DNA of 64,000 nucleotides, from assembly GCA_965204505.1 (NCBI GenBank), contig CBDBFB010000004.1, positions 107,449-171,448 of the forward strand. The letters run 5' to 3'. The DNA is from an uncultured Candidatus Binatia bacterium (GTDB taxonomy: Bacteria > Desulfobacterota > Binatia > UBA9968 > JAJDTQ01). Shown piece by piece: positions 1-10,650 of the stretch. Positions within the stretch are counted from its first letter, which is position 1, and every line of letters starts with the position of its first letter. The position numbers and the translations under genes were made by a program. The notes under the pieces were generated by a model. It was not told the origin of the DNA, did no database searches, and was given only the letters and a program-made list of their open reading frames with translations.

Positions 1-1
1 A

Positions 2-625
2 GCCCGGCTCGACATCGACTTCGCGGCCCAGGTGCGCCCGACCGCGGACATGCTGTGGTCGCGCATCGCCAAGGCCCGCATCCTGGACATCGCCAGGGAG
101 ACCCTGGGACCGGCCTGGGCCTCGGCGCGGGCCAAGAGCAAGAAGCCGGCGATCGCCAAGGCGATGGAAGAGGCCTTCGCCGCCGGCAGCCCTCCGCTGG
201 GCGTCACCGCAGACGCCCACGCGGCCGCTCTCGCCTGGACGCCTCCCGGCTTCGCGGCGTTCGACGCGGGCCGCGCCGGCGTTGAGGACGGCGGTGCGGA
301 AACGGGGGCGGACGCCGAGGCGCCGGGCTCCGCGGCCGGTCCGGAACCGTCGCCGGAACCGGAAGGCGCCAACGCCGCCGCGTCCACGGGCGACGGGATC
401 GATCCCGCGGCCGGCGACGGCAGCCAAACCGGCGAAGCCGACGGCCCGGACGCCGAGGCTCCGGGCGTCCCGACGCCCCCGGAGATCGTCGACGACATCG
501 AGACGCCGGACGCGGTCCCCACCGCCAACGGCAGCCCGGAGGCGATCGCCAGCCATGCCGGCAGGGTCAACGGCCACGACGACGGCGAAGGGCTCGGTCT
601 CCCCGAGTTCCTGCGCAACGCCTGA
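2..625 (+). CDS. ParB/sulfiredoxin-like leading-region protein, C-terminal part (5' end outside window)
   Basis: Frame is open from the window start and stops at 625. There is a conserved-looking ...KKPAIAKAMEEAFAAG... segment, then an acidic, Pro/Ala-rich low-complexity tail. It lies upstream of the RadC/methylase-helicase/SSB module typical of ICE leading regions. Confidence 0.4.
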   Translation, partial: ARLDIDFAAQVRPTADMLWSRIAKARILDIARETLGPAWASARAKSKKPAIAKAMEEAFAAGSPPLGVTADAHAAALAWTPPGFAAFDAGRAGVEDGGAETGADAEAPGSAAGPEPSPEPEGANAAASTGDGIDPAAGDGSQTGEADGPDAEAPGVPTPPEIVDDIETPDAVPTANGSPEAIASHAGRVNGHDDGEGLGLPEFLRNA

Positions 626-711
626 TACCGCCCTCCGGCCACGGAAACGCCCCGCCCCGCACACAGCCGGGCGGGGCGTTTCCGTTTCTCTCATCCCAAT
701 GGAGGTTCCGC

Positions 712-2468
712 ATGACACACGCCGAGATTCCGCCCGGCGCGACCATCCGCGCCCGGGTCCACGACAGCGCGCTCAAGCGCGTCACGAGGTTCTTTGCATC
801 CACTCTCTACGATATCTTCACCGAGACTCTGCAGAACTCACGCAGGGCCGGCGCCACCCGCGTCCGCGTCACTGTCGCCGCCCCCCTGGCCAGCCCGCCG
901 ACTGCGCGCCCGAGCCGTCCGAAACACGCCTGACCGTGACCGTCACCGACGACGGCGCCGGCATCGAGGACCCCGCGGTCCTGCTGAGCTTCGGCGAGAA
1001 CGGCTGGAGCGACGAACTGGTGGCCCGCGAAGACGCCGCGGGCATGGGAATTCTCAGCCTCGCGCACCGCGGTTGCCGGATCGCCTCGCGGGCATGCATG
1101 CCGGACGGCCATGTCGGACATGGCTGGTCGGTCGATCTTGAGCCCGAACACTTCATGGGCCGGAGCGACGCCCAGGTCCGCTACGACGACAGCGCCCCCT
1201 ATCCATACGGCACCGCCGTGCAGTTCGAGGCCACCGAGTCCGCCGACATGATCCGCGCCGCGATCGCCAGTGCGGCGCGCCACTACCCGCTGCCGGTCAC
1301 GTTCGAAGGCGAGACGCTGGAAAGCAAGGCCTTCCTCGACGGCGCCATCCACGCGGAGGACTGGAAGGGTCTGACCTTCGGCGTCTACCGGGACCGCAGG
1401 CGCGGCTACCTCGAGCCCGACCTCAACTTCTTCGGCCTGACCGTGCCCGTCCAGCTGCCGATGGTCGAGACCGTTCACCGCGGCATCTGGTCCGTCCGCG
1501 CCGACGTCGTGGACTGCCCCGGCCTCGAACTGCTGCTGCCGGCGCGCCGGGAAGCCGTCGAGAACGCGTTTCTGGCCGAGGTGCGCGAGGCGGCGCGCCT
1601 GGCGGTCTACCGCGCCATGGCCGCCGACTCCGACCCGCGTCCCGCCTTTGCCGACTGGAGCCGGGCCCGCGACGCAGGCATCGACCTCGCGCCGCCGCCG
1701 CAGGTCCTCCGTCCCTGGCGGCCCGCCATCGCCGACATAGACGACTGGCGGGACCCGCCCAAGCTGACGCTGGCCGGCCCCGATGCGCTGGTCATGACCT
1801 GCGACCCCGAGCCGCCCGAGGCGCAGGCGCTGTCGCGCGCCGCCGAGCGCGCAGGCTTGGCGGAGGGGCTTTTCGAGGCCGACAAGCGCCTCAACGGCTA
1901 CGGCTGGTACGACCGGCTCGACCGCGTCACGGGCATCGACACCGAAGTCACCGACGGCGACGGCAAGACGTGGCGGCTTCACGAGTTCCCCGTGCCCGAG
2001 CGGACGGCGGCCGCCGCCGCCCCGCTGGCGCCACGTCCCGCCGCCATTCGGATGGCCCTTGCCGTCAAGACCGCCCGCGCCCGGAGCATCACGATCGTTC
2101 TCCCCGCCGACCTCGCCTTCGCGGGCGAAGCCTGGGAGTGGGTCTGCAACGCGCTGCCGCTGGTCACCGCGGACAGCGCCCTGGAACCGCACCGGCTCGC
2201 GGAACTGCTGCACGCCGCCTTCTTCTCGTTTTCCGACGATGTCGACGCCGACAGCCGCGAGACCCAGGCCGCGCGGTTCGACGAAGAGGCGCTCCACATC
2301 GCCACCAGGCTCCTGTGCAGCGAGGATTCAGCGCTGGAACTCTCCATCGCCGAGACCGTCCGGCGGGAGCTCTTCTGGCTCGTTCCACGCAACCGCACGG
2401 TGGAGATTTCCATCGCCCGCCCGGACATCCGGGTAGTCCTGGGCGATCCCGCCGACGCCGCAACCTGA
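712..2468 (+). CDS. GHKL (HATPase_c-like) ATPase-domain protein, apparent frameshift at a C6 run near 886-891
   Basis: ATG at 712 follows a GGAGG RBS. The N-box-like TLQNSRRAGATRVRVTV (frame 1) and G1-box-like LTVTVTDDGAGIEDP (frame 3) are separated by a frame switch at cgccgcccccctggcc. The downstream 1.5 kb is continuous in frame 3. Confidence 0.5.
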
Positions 2469-2843
2469 GCCGGACGGCCGCCGCTGCGCGTTTGCGGGCG
2501 GCCGGCATTCCACCCCTCCCGACAGAATCGCCCGGCGCCACCCGGAGCCCCGTCAACGATCACACACCGCCGTCAGATTTCCGACTCCGCCGGGACGGAA
2601 ACCCGGCTCATCACGGTCGCCGGTCTTGAGGACGCCGGGATCGTCCTTGCATCGGCCGACCCCGGCCCGGGCGCCCCGGAACCGGGGTCTGCCGATGCCC
2701 CGATGCCTGAACCGCCCCCACAGCCACGACCCCGCTGCGACACCTGCGCCGGGAAGCGATTCCCCGGCACTCATTTTGCACTACCCGATCCCCGATGGGG
2801 CCAGAGGCCGGATCGGACGGCTCCGGCCGGGAAAGAGGACGCC

Positions 2844-3425
2844 ATGGAACTCCAGAACCCGATGGAAGCACTGATCGGCACGAACGGGACAGTCAAGGTC
2901 ACAGGTCTTTCCCTGCTCGACCTCGACTCCATGACCGTCCGGGAACTGCGGCGCCACGGACTCACCGCGGCGCAGGCCGGGAGAATCAAGGCGGCGTTCG
3001 AGCTGGGCCGGCAACTGCTCGAAGCCGAGTCCCGAGTGCACGAGAACGCTCCGATGGTCAGCAGTCCCGAGGGGGCCTACCGCTACATGAGGCCGCGCTA
3101 CCTCAACGAATACCGCGAACACTTCGACGTGCTGATGATGGACACCCGGAACAGGCTGATCCGCCGCCATCGGGTGTCCACGGGCAGCCTTACGGCTTCC
3201 GTTGTTCACCCCCGTGAGTGCTTCAACCCCATCATCCGGGAGAGCGCCGCTTCGGTCATCTTCACACACAACCACCCCAGCGGGGACCCCACACCCTCGC
3301 GCGAGGACATAGACATCACCCACCGGCTCCGGCAGGTGGGCGAAGTCCTGGGAGTGCGTGTCCACGACCACGTCGTCTGCGGGCACGACCGCTTCTTCAG
3401 CTTCAACCGGGAGGGCTTGCTATGA
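2844..3425 (+). CDS. radC: RadC-family JAB/MPN domain protein
   Basis: RBS GAAAGAGGA precedes ATG 2844. The JAB metal-binding motif HNHPSGDPTPS and the RadC-like core are present. The longer ORF starting at 2703 is probably not used. Confidence 0.85.
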   Translation: MELQNPMEALIGTNGTVKVTGLSLLDLDSMTVRELRRHGLTAAQAGRIKAAFELGRQLLEAESRVHENAPMVSSPEGAYRYMRPRYLNEYREHFDVLMMDTRNRLIRRHRVSTGSLTASVVHPRECFNPIIRESAASVIFTHNHPSGDPTPSREDIDITHRLRQVGEVLGVRVHDHVVCGHDRFFSFNREGLL

Positions 3426-3742
3426 CCAGTCAGCATTCCGCCGGCCCGCCGCCGGCCACGCATCCGATGGACCCGCGCCGCGGCCGGGACCTCTCGCCCA
3501 TGTTCAGCGCATTCCTTTGCTGGCTTCTGGATATCGAACCCATGACCAGCCCGGCCATCACTAACATCGCCGTCTCCGGCAACTGCGTGCTGGCCGCGAC
3601 CGACCAAAACCCGCTGTTCGACCAGCATCTCGGGTCCCTGGACGACTTCGAGGCGAACGTCCGCGGCTGGGGCGAAGCCTGCGGCGCCGATGCCGGCATG
3701 GTCGAAAGGCTCGTCGCCCGCATGAGGAGGACAGACCGATGA
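3422..3742 (+). CDS. hypothetical protein, ATGA-overlapped with radC stop
   Basis: ATG at 3422 overlaps the radC TGA. 106 aa in GC-biased codon usage, translationally coupled. Confidence 0.45.
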   Translation: MTSQHSAGPPPATHPMDPRRGRDLSPMFSAFLCWLLDIEPMTSPAITNIAVSGNCVLAATDQNPLFDQHLGSLDDFEANVRGWGEACGADAGMVERLVARMRRTDR

Positions 3743-4047
3743 GCTTCCCCGAGCTTCCCGAAGACTACGACCGCCACAAGGACGCACTTGCCATCGTCGA
3801 TCCCGGCGCGGCGAACCCGTCCGGCGTGGCCCGCGCCATCCACCAGGCATGTACGCAGGTGATCCACGAGGGCGGCAACCAGCGGGAGGACCCCGCCGTC
3901 CGCCTCATGACCACGCAATTGGCTTTCCTCGTCCAGGGCAATTCCGATCTCGACCTCGATGAGTACCGCCGGCTGATGGACGCCTGCCGAGCCCGTGCGG
4001 CCGAACGAAGGGACGCCCCCAGCCACAACGCCACCGCCCCCGCCTGA
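3739..4047 (+). CDS. hypothetical small protein (leading-region module)
   Basis: ATGA overlap with the previous ORF. 102 aa with no recognisable motif. Confidence 0.45.
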   Translation: MSFPELPEDYDRHKDALAIVDPGAANPSGVARAIHQACTQVIHEGGNQREDPAVRLMTTQLAFLVQGNSDLDLDEYRRLMDACRARAAERRDAPSHNATAPA

Positions 4048-4188
4048 TCCTCCGCACATCTGCTCCACGCCGCGAGGAGCCCGGGCAGCCGGTCGAAGTC
4101 AGGCCGCGGGCGCGGCGCGGGAGGTTTTCCTTCATCCCACGCCGCGTCCCGGCACTCTCACGCAATTCGATCCAGGAGGGAGAGATCC

Positions 4189-7100
4189 ATGCTCGACGCC
4201 CATACGGCGGCGGATGCGTCCGCGCGCCTTCCCGTTCCCCGCACCCTTCCTTCCGTCCCCGCCGCCCCGGGCCCCGAGCCTTCCGCCCATGACGCGCTGT
4301 TCACCGCCGCCACAACCCTGTTGCCGGTCCTGGAGGCCGGCCGGGCGCTCGACGCCCCGACCCTGCGGGACGCCATGACACGCGCCTTCGGCGCAAGCGA
4401 TGCCCAAGGCGCCTGGGTCTGGAAAGACGCCTACGAGGCCGCCGAGGCCGCGGTCGTGCTGTTCATCCGCCGCCATGGCCGGGCCATGCGCCGCCACGCC
4501 GGAGCCGGTCCGGAAGGACCCCTCGCCATGCTCAGGATGCTGGAGGCCGTGGCCGCGCTGGAGCCGTCCCACACGAAGCGCTCGGAAGAGCAGGTGCGCC
4601 TGCAGCAGTTCTCGACGCCCCTGCCGCTGGCCTATGCGGCGTTGCAGGCCGCGGCGATCCGGCCGGGAGACGTCGTGCTGGAGCCGTCGGCGGGCACCGG
4701 CATGCTGGCGGTGATGGCGGAATGCGCACTCGGGAGCCGGGCTGCGGGGAACCTCCATCTGAACGAGATCGCGGACGTCCGCCGCGCCCTCCTGTGCCGC
4801 CTGTTCCCCGAGACCCTGGTCACCAGCGTGAACGCGGAGAACGTCGCCGACCGCTTGCCCGGCGCCCGGCCCACCGTTGTCATCATGAACCCGCCGTTCT
4901 CCGCGACGCCGGGCGTCCACCGCATCCGCCACGACGCCGACCTCCGGCACCTGCGCTCCGCTTTCTCCATGCTGCCGCCGGGCGGCCGGCTCGTGGCCGT
5001 CACCTCGGCCAACTGCATTCCGGGCGATTCCGACTGGGATGCCGCCTTCGGACTCCTCGATCCGCCCGCCCGCGTCGTCTTCACCATGGCCGTGGACGGC
5101 CGCGTCTACGCGCGCCGGGGCACCGGCTTCGACACCAGGCTCACCGTGCTCGACCGCACGGACCAGGCCGGCGTCGACGTCGATCCCGGCGCCCGCGCCG
5201 AGAACGCCGCCGAGCTGCTCGACGCCGTCATCGCCGGGGTTCCGCCCCGGATGCCGGTGGAAGTACGAACCATCGGGGCAGCGCCCGACCGGGACCTCTT
5301 CGGCCACGCGGCCATGCCGCGCCCGTCGAAGCAAAAGACCGCGTCCACCGTATCCGCGCCAGCGCATGACTGGGGATCGGTGTCCGAGCTGATCGTGGAG
5401 ACCGGCACGGCGGAGGTTGCCGCAGACGCCGGCAACTCCGTCTCCGGACCCTACGAACCCTGGCGGCCGGGCGCCTTCCGGATTCCGGGCGCAACCGCGC
5501 ATCCGACGCCCCTGGTGCAGTCCGCGGCAATGGCCGCCGTCCCGCATCCGGCGCCATCCTACCGCCCCTTGCTGCCGGAACGCGTCGTGGCGGACGGCCT
5601 CCTGTCCGACGCCCAGCTCGAAAGCGTCGTGCTGGCGGGCCAGGCCCACGAGGGCCATCTCGCGGCGAGCTACCGCATCGGCTCCGGCTGGGAGACCGTC
5701 CAGCGCTGCGGCGACGAGGACCAGGACGAGGCCGCCCTCACCGACGAAGGCGAGACCCTGTCGGTGCCGGTCCGCTTCCGCCGCGGCTGGATGCTGGGCG
5801 ACGGCACCGGCTGCGGCAAGGGACGCCAGGTGGCGGCGATCATCCTCGACGGCTGGCTCCGCGGCCGGAAGCGCGCGCTTTGGCTGAGCCAGTCCGACAA
5901 GCTCCTGGAAGACGCGCGCCGCGACTGGACCGCCCTGGGCGGACGCGAGGACGACGTGGTCCCCCTCGGCAACTTCCGCCAGGGGGACGAGATCCCCCTC
6001 TCCACCGGCATCCTGTTCACGACCTACGCCACGCTGCGCTCGCCGTCCCGCCAGGGGCGGGCCTCACGGCTTGACCAGATCGTAAGCTGGCTCGCCGGAG
6101 GACCCGACGAGGACGACCGCCATGCCTTCGACGGCGCCATCGTCTTCGACGAGGCCCACGCCATGGCCAACGCCGCCGGCGGCAAGGGCGCGCGCGGCGA
6201 CGTGAAGCCGTCCGCCCAGGGACGCGCAGGGCTGCGTTTGCAGAACGCGCTACCCGACGCCCGGATCACCTACGTGTCGGCCACCGGCGCCACCACCGTG
6301 CCCGGACTGGCCTACGCCGGCCGTCTGGGGCTGTGGGCAGCCGGCGAAACGCCGTTCGAGACGCGGATCGACTTCGTGTCGGCCATGGAAGCCGGCGGCG
6401 TCGCCGCCATGGAGGTGGTCGCAAGGGACCTGAAGGCGCTCGGCCTGTATCAGGCCCGCGCACTGGCCTACCACGGCGTCGAGGTGGACATCCTCGTCCA
6501 CGAGCTCTCCGAGGAACAGCGGCGTATCTACGATTCCTATGCAGGCGCGTTCAAGGTCATCCACGCCAACATCGAAGCAGCGCTGGAGGCCACGGGCATC
6601 ATGCAGGAGGGTTCCACTCTCAACAAGAACGCCAAGTCCGCCGCGCTGAGCGCCTTCGAGAGCACCAAGCAGCGCTTCTTCGGCCATCTCCTGACGGCCA
6701 TGAAGTGCCCTTCGCTGATCCGCGCCATCCAGGCAGATCTCGACTCCGGCCGGTCCGCCGTCATCCAGCTCGTATCCACGGGCGAGGCGCTGATGGAGCG
6801 GCGCATCGCCGAGATACCGGCGTCGGAATGGGACGATCTCGGCATCGACCTGACGCCCCGCGAGGCCGTCCTCGACTTCCTGGCCCACGCCTTTCCCGTG
6901 CAGTTGCAGGAACCCTACACCGACGGCGACGGGAACCTGATGAGCCGTCCCGCGGTCGACGCCGAGGGCCATCCGGTCCTCTGCCAGGAAGCGCTCGCGC
7001 AGCGCGACGCGCTCCTGGAGCAACTCGCGTCCCTGCCGCCGGTGCCCTCGGCCCTGGACCAGGTGGTCCAGCACTTCGGCCACGAGGCCGTGGCGGAGGT

Positions 7101-8661
7101 GACAGGCCGCTCCCGCAGGGTACTCCGCATTTCGGACGCGGGCGGCGAACGCCTGGCGCTCCGCAGCCGGCCGGCATCCGCCAATCTCGCCGAGACGGCC
7201 GCGTTCATGGAGAAGAGCAAGCGCATCCTCGTGTTCTCCATGGCCGGGGGCACCGGGCGGAGCTATCACTCGGACCTCTCGTGCCCGAACACCGAGCGCC
7301 GGGTCCACTACCTGCTGGAGCCGGGCTGGCGCGCCGATCAGGCCATCCAGGGACTGGGCCGCACCCACCGCACGCACCAGGCCTCGGCGCCGCTCTTCCG
7401 GCCGGTCACCACGGACGTGAAGGGCGAGCGGCGGTTCATCGCCACCATAGCCCGGAGGCTGGACAGCCTGGGCGCCATCACCCGCGGGCAGCGCGATTCC
7501 CAGACCGCCATGGGCGGCAGCGACGCCACGCTGTTCCGCGAGAGCGACAACCTGGAGAGCCTCTACGCGAAGGCGGCCCTGAGACGGTTCTACCTGGCGC
7601 TCTGGCGCGGAGACATCGCCGGCTGGCCCCTGCAACGCTTCGAGGAGGCCACCGGCCTGAAGCTCACCTGGGAAGGCTCGCTCAAGGAGGACCTGCCGCC
7701 CATGCCGCGCTTCCTGAACAGGCTCCTGGCCCTCCCCATCGACGAGCAGAACCAACTCTTCGCGGAACTGGAGGACCGCATCGCCGCCGGCATCGAGCAG
7801 GCCATGGAGGCCGGGACCTACGAGGTCGGCGTCGAGACCGTGCGGGCCGACTCCCTGGCAGCCGCCGGCCGGGAGACGCTGTACACGCATCCGGGCAGCG
7901 GAGCGGCAACCGAGCTTGTAGAGATCGTGCGCCGGGACAGGTTGGAGCCGACGTCGGCGGACGCAGCGCTCGAAATCGGCAAGGAGACGAACGGCGGTCC
8001 GCATCTGGTGGTCAATGCCAAGTCGAACCGCGCCGCGGTCGTGCTTCCGGCGCCGTCCGGCCTGTTCGACGACGGCGGGGTGCAGGAGCGCGTCCGGCTG
8101 CTGCGTCCCGCCGGGCAGGATACCATGGCGAAGGCCGAGCTCGACGCCTCCAACTGGCGGAACGCGGCCGAAGCCGAATGGAGGACGCTCTGGGAGGACG
8201 AGATCGCCGGCCTGCCGTCGCATCGCGAATCGCGGTTCTGGCTCGCGGCCGGTCTGTTGCTGCCGGTCTGGGACCGTCTGCCGGCCGAGAACATGCGGGT
8301 GCGGCGTCTCAGGACCGACGACGGCGAAGCGCTTATCGGCCGCGTGCTCGATTTCGAGCAGGTCCGCGCCGTGCGTTCCGCATTCGGGCTCGCGGGCGGT
8401 CCCGCCATGACCGGCGCCGAAGCCTTCGAGGCGGTCATGGGACGCGGCGCGGCCCTCGCGCTTGCCAACGGCTGGCGGCTCGCACGCCGCCGCATCATGG
8501 GCGCCGACCGGGTCGAGATCGAGGGACCGGTCGATACCGACACCGCGGTCCTCAAGCGAATGGGCTGCACGGTCGAGATCGTCTCGTGGCGCACGCGCGT
8601 CTTCGCTCCGGGCCCTGATCTCCTCGAACGCGTCATCCAACGCTGGCCCCTCGCCGCCTGA
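4189..8661 (+). CDS. N6-adenine DNA methyltransferase / SNF2 (strawberry-notch-like) helicase fusion protein
   Basis: GGAGGGAGAG RBS. MTase motif I LEPSAGTGMLA and motif IV NPPF. Helicase Walker A DGTGCGKGRQ and DEAH box VFDEAHAM, plus a long C-terminal helicase region. 1490 aa. Confidence 0.85.
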   Translation: MLDAHTAADASARLPVPRTLPSVPAAPGPEPSAHDALFTAATTLLPVLEAGRALDAPTLRDAMTRAFGASDAQGAWVWKDAYEAAEAAVVLFIRRHGRAMRRHAGAGPEGPLAMLRMLEAVAALEPSHTKRSEEQVRLQQFSTPLPLAYAALQAAAIRPGDVVLEPSAGTGMLAVMAECALGSRAAGNLHLNEIADVRRALLCRLFPETLVTSVNAENVADRLPGARPTVVIMNPPFSATPGVHRIRHDADLRHLRSAFSMLPPGGRLVAVTSANCIPGDSDWDAAFGLLDPPARVVFTMAVDGRVYARRGTGFDTRLTVLDRTDQAGVDVDPGARAENAAELLDAVIAGVPPRMPVEVRTIGAAPDRDLFGHAAMPRPSKQKTASTVSAPAHDWGSVSELIVETGTAEVAADAGNSVSGPYEPWRPGAFRIPGATAHPTPLVQSAAMAAVPHPAPSYRPLLPERVVADGLLSDAQLESVVLAGQAHEGHLAASYRIGSGWETVQRCGDEDQDEAALTDEGETLSVPVRFRRGWMLGDGTGCGKGRQVAAIILDGWLRGRKRALWLSQSDKLLEDARRDWTALGGREDDVVPLGNFRQGDEIPLSTGILFTTYATLRSPSRQGRASRLDQIVSWLAGGPDEDDRHAFDGAIVFDEAHAMANAAGGKGARGDVKPSAQGRAGLRLQNALPDARITYVSATGATTVPGLAYAGRLGLWAAGETPFETRIDFVSAMEAGGVAAMEVVARDLKALGLYQARALAYHGVEVDILVHELSEEQRRIYDSYAGAFKVIHANIEAALEATGIMQEGSTLNKNAKSAALSAFESTKQRFFGHLLTAMKCPSLIRAIQADLDSGRSAVIQLVSTGEALMERRIAEIPASEWDDLGIDLTPREAVLDFLAHAFPVQLQEPYTDGDGNLMSRPAVDAEGHPVLCQEALAQRDALLEQLASLPPVPSALDQVVQHFGHEAVAEVTGRSRRVLRISDAGGERLALRSRPASANLAETAAFMEKSKRILVFSMAGGTGRSYHSDLSCPNTERRVHYLLEPGWRADQAIQGLGRTHRTHQASAPLFRPVTTDVKGERRFIATIARRLDSLGAITRGQRDSQTAMGGSDATLFRESDNLESLYAKAALRRFYLALWRGDIAGWPLQRFEEATGLKLTWEGSLKEDLPPMPRFLNRLLALPIDEQNQLFAELEDRIAAGIEQAMEAGTYEVGVETVRADSLAAAGRETLYTHPGSGAATELVEIVRRDRLEPTSADAALEIGKETNGGPHLVVNAKSNRAAVVLPAPSGLFDDGGVQERVRLLRPAGQDTMAKAELDASNWRNAAEAEWRTLWEDEIAGLPSHRESRFWLAAGLLLPVWDRLPAENMRVRRLRTDDGEALIGRVLDFEQVRAVRSAFGLAGGPAMTGAEAFEAVMGRGAALALANGWRLARRRIMGADRVEIEGPVDTDTAVLKRMGCTVEIVSWRTRVFAPGPDLLERVIQRWPLAA

Positions 8662-8819
8662 GCCCGTCGCGTATCCGTATCGCCGTCGGCCGTCCAGCCG
8701 GCAGCCCGTCATCCACGCCCGCGCCAGCCCGCCAGGGGGTCCGTACAGCCGGAGTGCCGCCGGCCGCAACCTCCTGCGGCCACGGGGGCGGGGCGTTTCA
8801 CTCACTGGAGGGAGCATTC

Positions 8820-9089
8820 ATGGCTGCACAGACCCTGCCGGAGGAACCGAACTACGCGTTCTGTCCAAGCTACGAGCTGGGCGACGAGCCCCAACAGATC
8901 CGCATCGTCTTCGAGGGCATGCCGGGCTACGTACCAACCTGCCTCATTGCCCTGTCCCTGGCCGATGCAGAGCGGCTGTGCGACCGCCTGAACGCCAGGC
9001 TCGGACACTCAAGAGAAGATTGGACCGCGCTCGCAGCCCGCTCCATGGCCCCCGGGGGCCCGGAGACCGGCAACGGCACCCGGCACTGA
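8820..9089 (+). CDS. hypothetical protein
   Basis: GGAGGG RBS precedes ATG 8820. 89 aa. Confidence 0.4.
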   Translation: MAAQTLPEEPNYAFCPSYELGDEPQQIRIVFEGMPGYVPTCLIALSLADAERLCDRLNARLGHSREDWTALAARSMAPGGPETGNGTRH

Positions 9090-9260
9090 ACCGGCCGCTC
9101 CACGATCGATCCCCCTTTCCAACTCCCCCCCCGACTCGAATCCCGGCGCCGTCTCAAGCCCGCCCGGACGGACCGCCCGCGTTCGAGGACAGCCGGGGGC
9201 GGGCGAGAGAGACGCGCAGAGAGAGGCGCGGCTCCGAACCGTCACAGGGAGGACCGGGAC

Positions 9261-9794
9261 ATGATCACTTTTACGTACGCCGGCATCGGAGCCCGCGCCA
9301 CGCCGCCCTCCGTTCTGACCGCCATGACCGTGATGGCCGGCTGGCTCGCGCGGCAGGGCTGGCATCTCAACACAGGCGGTGCGGCCGGGGCCGACAGTGC
9401 TTTCTCCCACGGTGCGCCGGCCGGCCGACGGACCCTGTACCTCCCCTGGCCCGGCTACAACGGGTGCGCGGGGCCGGACTGCCGGGTGCCGTCGCCGTCC
9501 GAGCTCCAATCCTGCCTTGCCATCGCCGCCCGCCTCCATCCCGCCTGGGACCGCTGCTCGCCCGCCGTCCGCAAGCTCCACGCCAGGAACGCGGCCATCC
9601 TGGGCGTTGGTGTCGGCCGTCCCGTGGATGCCGTGGTGGCCTGGACGCCGGGCGGAACGGTCACGGGCGGAACCGGAATGGCCATCCGCATTGCCACCGA
9701 CGCCGGCATACCCGTGCTGAACCTGGGCTCGATGCCTCCGCGTGCTGTCTGCGAGCGTCTCCTGGCCATCCGCCGGTCCCGATTCTCTCCCTAG
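9261..9794 (+). CDS. DprA/Smf-like Rossmann-fold (SLOG) protein
   Basis: AGGGAGG RBS. The GGAAGADSAFSHGA glycine-rich loop resembles the DprA GGAxGIDxxAH motif. Small stand-alone version common in ICE leading regions. Confidence 0.55.
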   Translation: MITFTYAGIGARATPPSVLTAMTVMAGWLARQGWHLNTGGAAGADSAFSHGAPAGRRTLYLPWPGYNGCAGPDCRVPSPSELQSCLAIAARLHPAWDRCSPAVRKLHARNAAILGVGVGRPVDAVVAWTPGGTVTGGTGMAIRIATDAGIPVLNLGSMPPRAVCERLLAIRRSRFSP

Positions 9795-9893
9795 AGCCGG
9801 AGAAAGGCGTCCACCGGGCGAAGGCCCGGTAGGAGAGGGAGACGGTCTCCCTCACGCAGTCCGGGCAAGGCACGCAGCAAAGGAGGCACGGCC

Positions 9894-10085
9894 ATGTTCG
9901 GTAACAATTTCGACCTTGAGGACACCCTGACCGGCAGCGACCTGCTGGCCGAGATCGGGCTCCACCCCGGCGCCATCCAGGACGTCATCGACGAGAACCA
10001 CGCCATACGCTGTCCCGACCCGCGGGATGCGGCCGGCGGAGATCCTCTCACCGTCACCGCCGCGCTGACCGCCGGAAGGGAGTGA
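9894..10085 (+). CDS. hypothetical small protein
   Basis: AAAGGAGG RBS. 63 aa. Confidence 0.35.
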   Translation: MFGNNFDLEDTLTGSDLLAEIGLHPGAIQDVIDENHAIRCPDPRDAAGGDPLTVTAALTAGRE

Positions 10086-10186
10086 AAGGAGGGCCTGAGA
10101 GAAGTGAACGGAAGGGGCCGGGGAGGGAGGACTCCGGCCTCTCGACGCTCGTCAACCATCGTCACTAACCAGGAAGGAGAATTACC

Positions 10187-10648
10187 ATGAGCTTTGGACT
10201 GAACCGCGTAGAACTGATCGGCCGCCTCGGCGCCGACGTCACCGTCAACCACCTGACCAGCGGCGGCCGCGTCGCCAACATGAGCATCGCGACCGACGAG
10301 TCGTACATCAGCAAGCAGACCGGCGAGCGGGTCGACAAGACCGAATGGCACCGCGTGGTGACCTTCCAGGAGGGTCTCGTCAACATGCTCGAGAAGCACG
10401 CCCGCAAGGGCCGGCTGGTCTACGTCGACGGCAAGCTCCAGACCCGGCAGTGGTCGAAGCCCGACGAGAGCAGCCCCCGCTACGCGACCGAGATCCTGCT
10501 GGTCCCGGGCGGCGGGGTGAAGTTCCTGGACAAGCCCAACGGCAACGGCGCGCCGGCTGCGGCGAACCCGTCGATGGCGGCGGGCGACGCGGCCATGCAG
10601 GACGCCGGCGCCTCGTCCCAGCCCGTGGACGACGACATCCCGTTCTGA
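10187..10648 (+). CDS. ssb: single-stranded DNA-binding protein
   Basis: OB-fold N-terminus (RVELIGRLGADV...TEWHRVV), a Gly/Ala-rich linker and the canonical acidic tail DDDIPF. Confidence 0.95.
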   Translation: MSFGLNRVELIGRLGADVTVNHLTSGGRVANMSIATDESYISKQTGERVDKTEWHRVVTFQEGLVNMLEKHARKGRLVYVDGKLQTRQWSKPDESSPRYATEILLVPGGGVKFLDKPNGNGAPAAANPSMAAGDAAMQDAGASSQPVDDDIPF

Positions 10649-10650
10649 TA

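Noticed and set aside
807-2297. 496-aa minus-strand ORF antisense to the GHKL ATPase gene
   Set aside because: Arg/Gly/Ala-rich with no motif. Typical shadow ORF of 70% GC DNA opposite a real gene.
4132-8817. Long ORFs (4132-5658 minus, 6250-8817 minus, 6333-8618 plus) overlapping the methylase-helicase gene
   Set aside because: Low-complexity Arg/Gly/Pro compositions. The forward 1490-aa frame carries all recognisable motifs.
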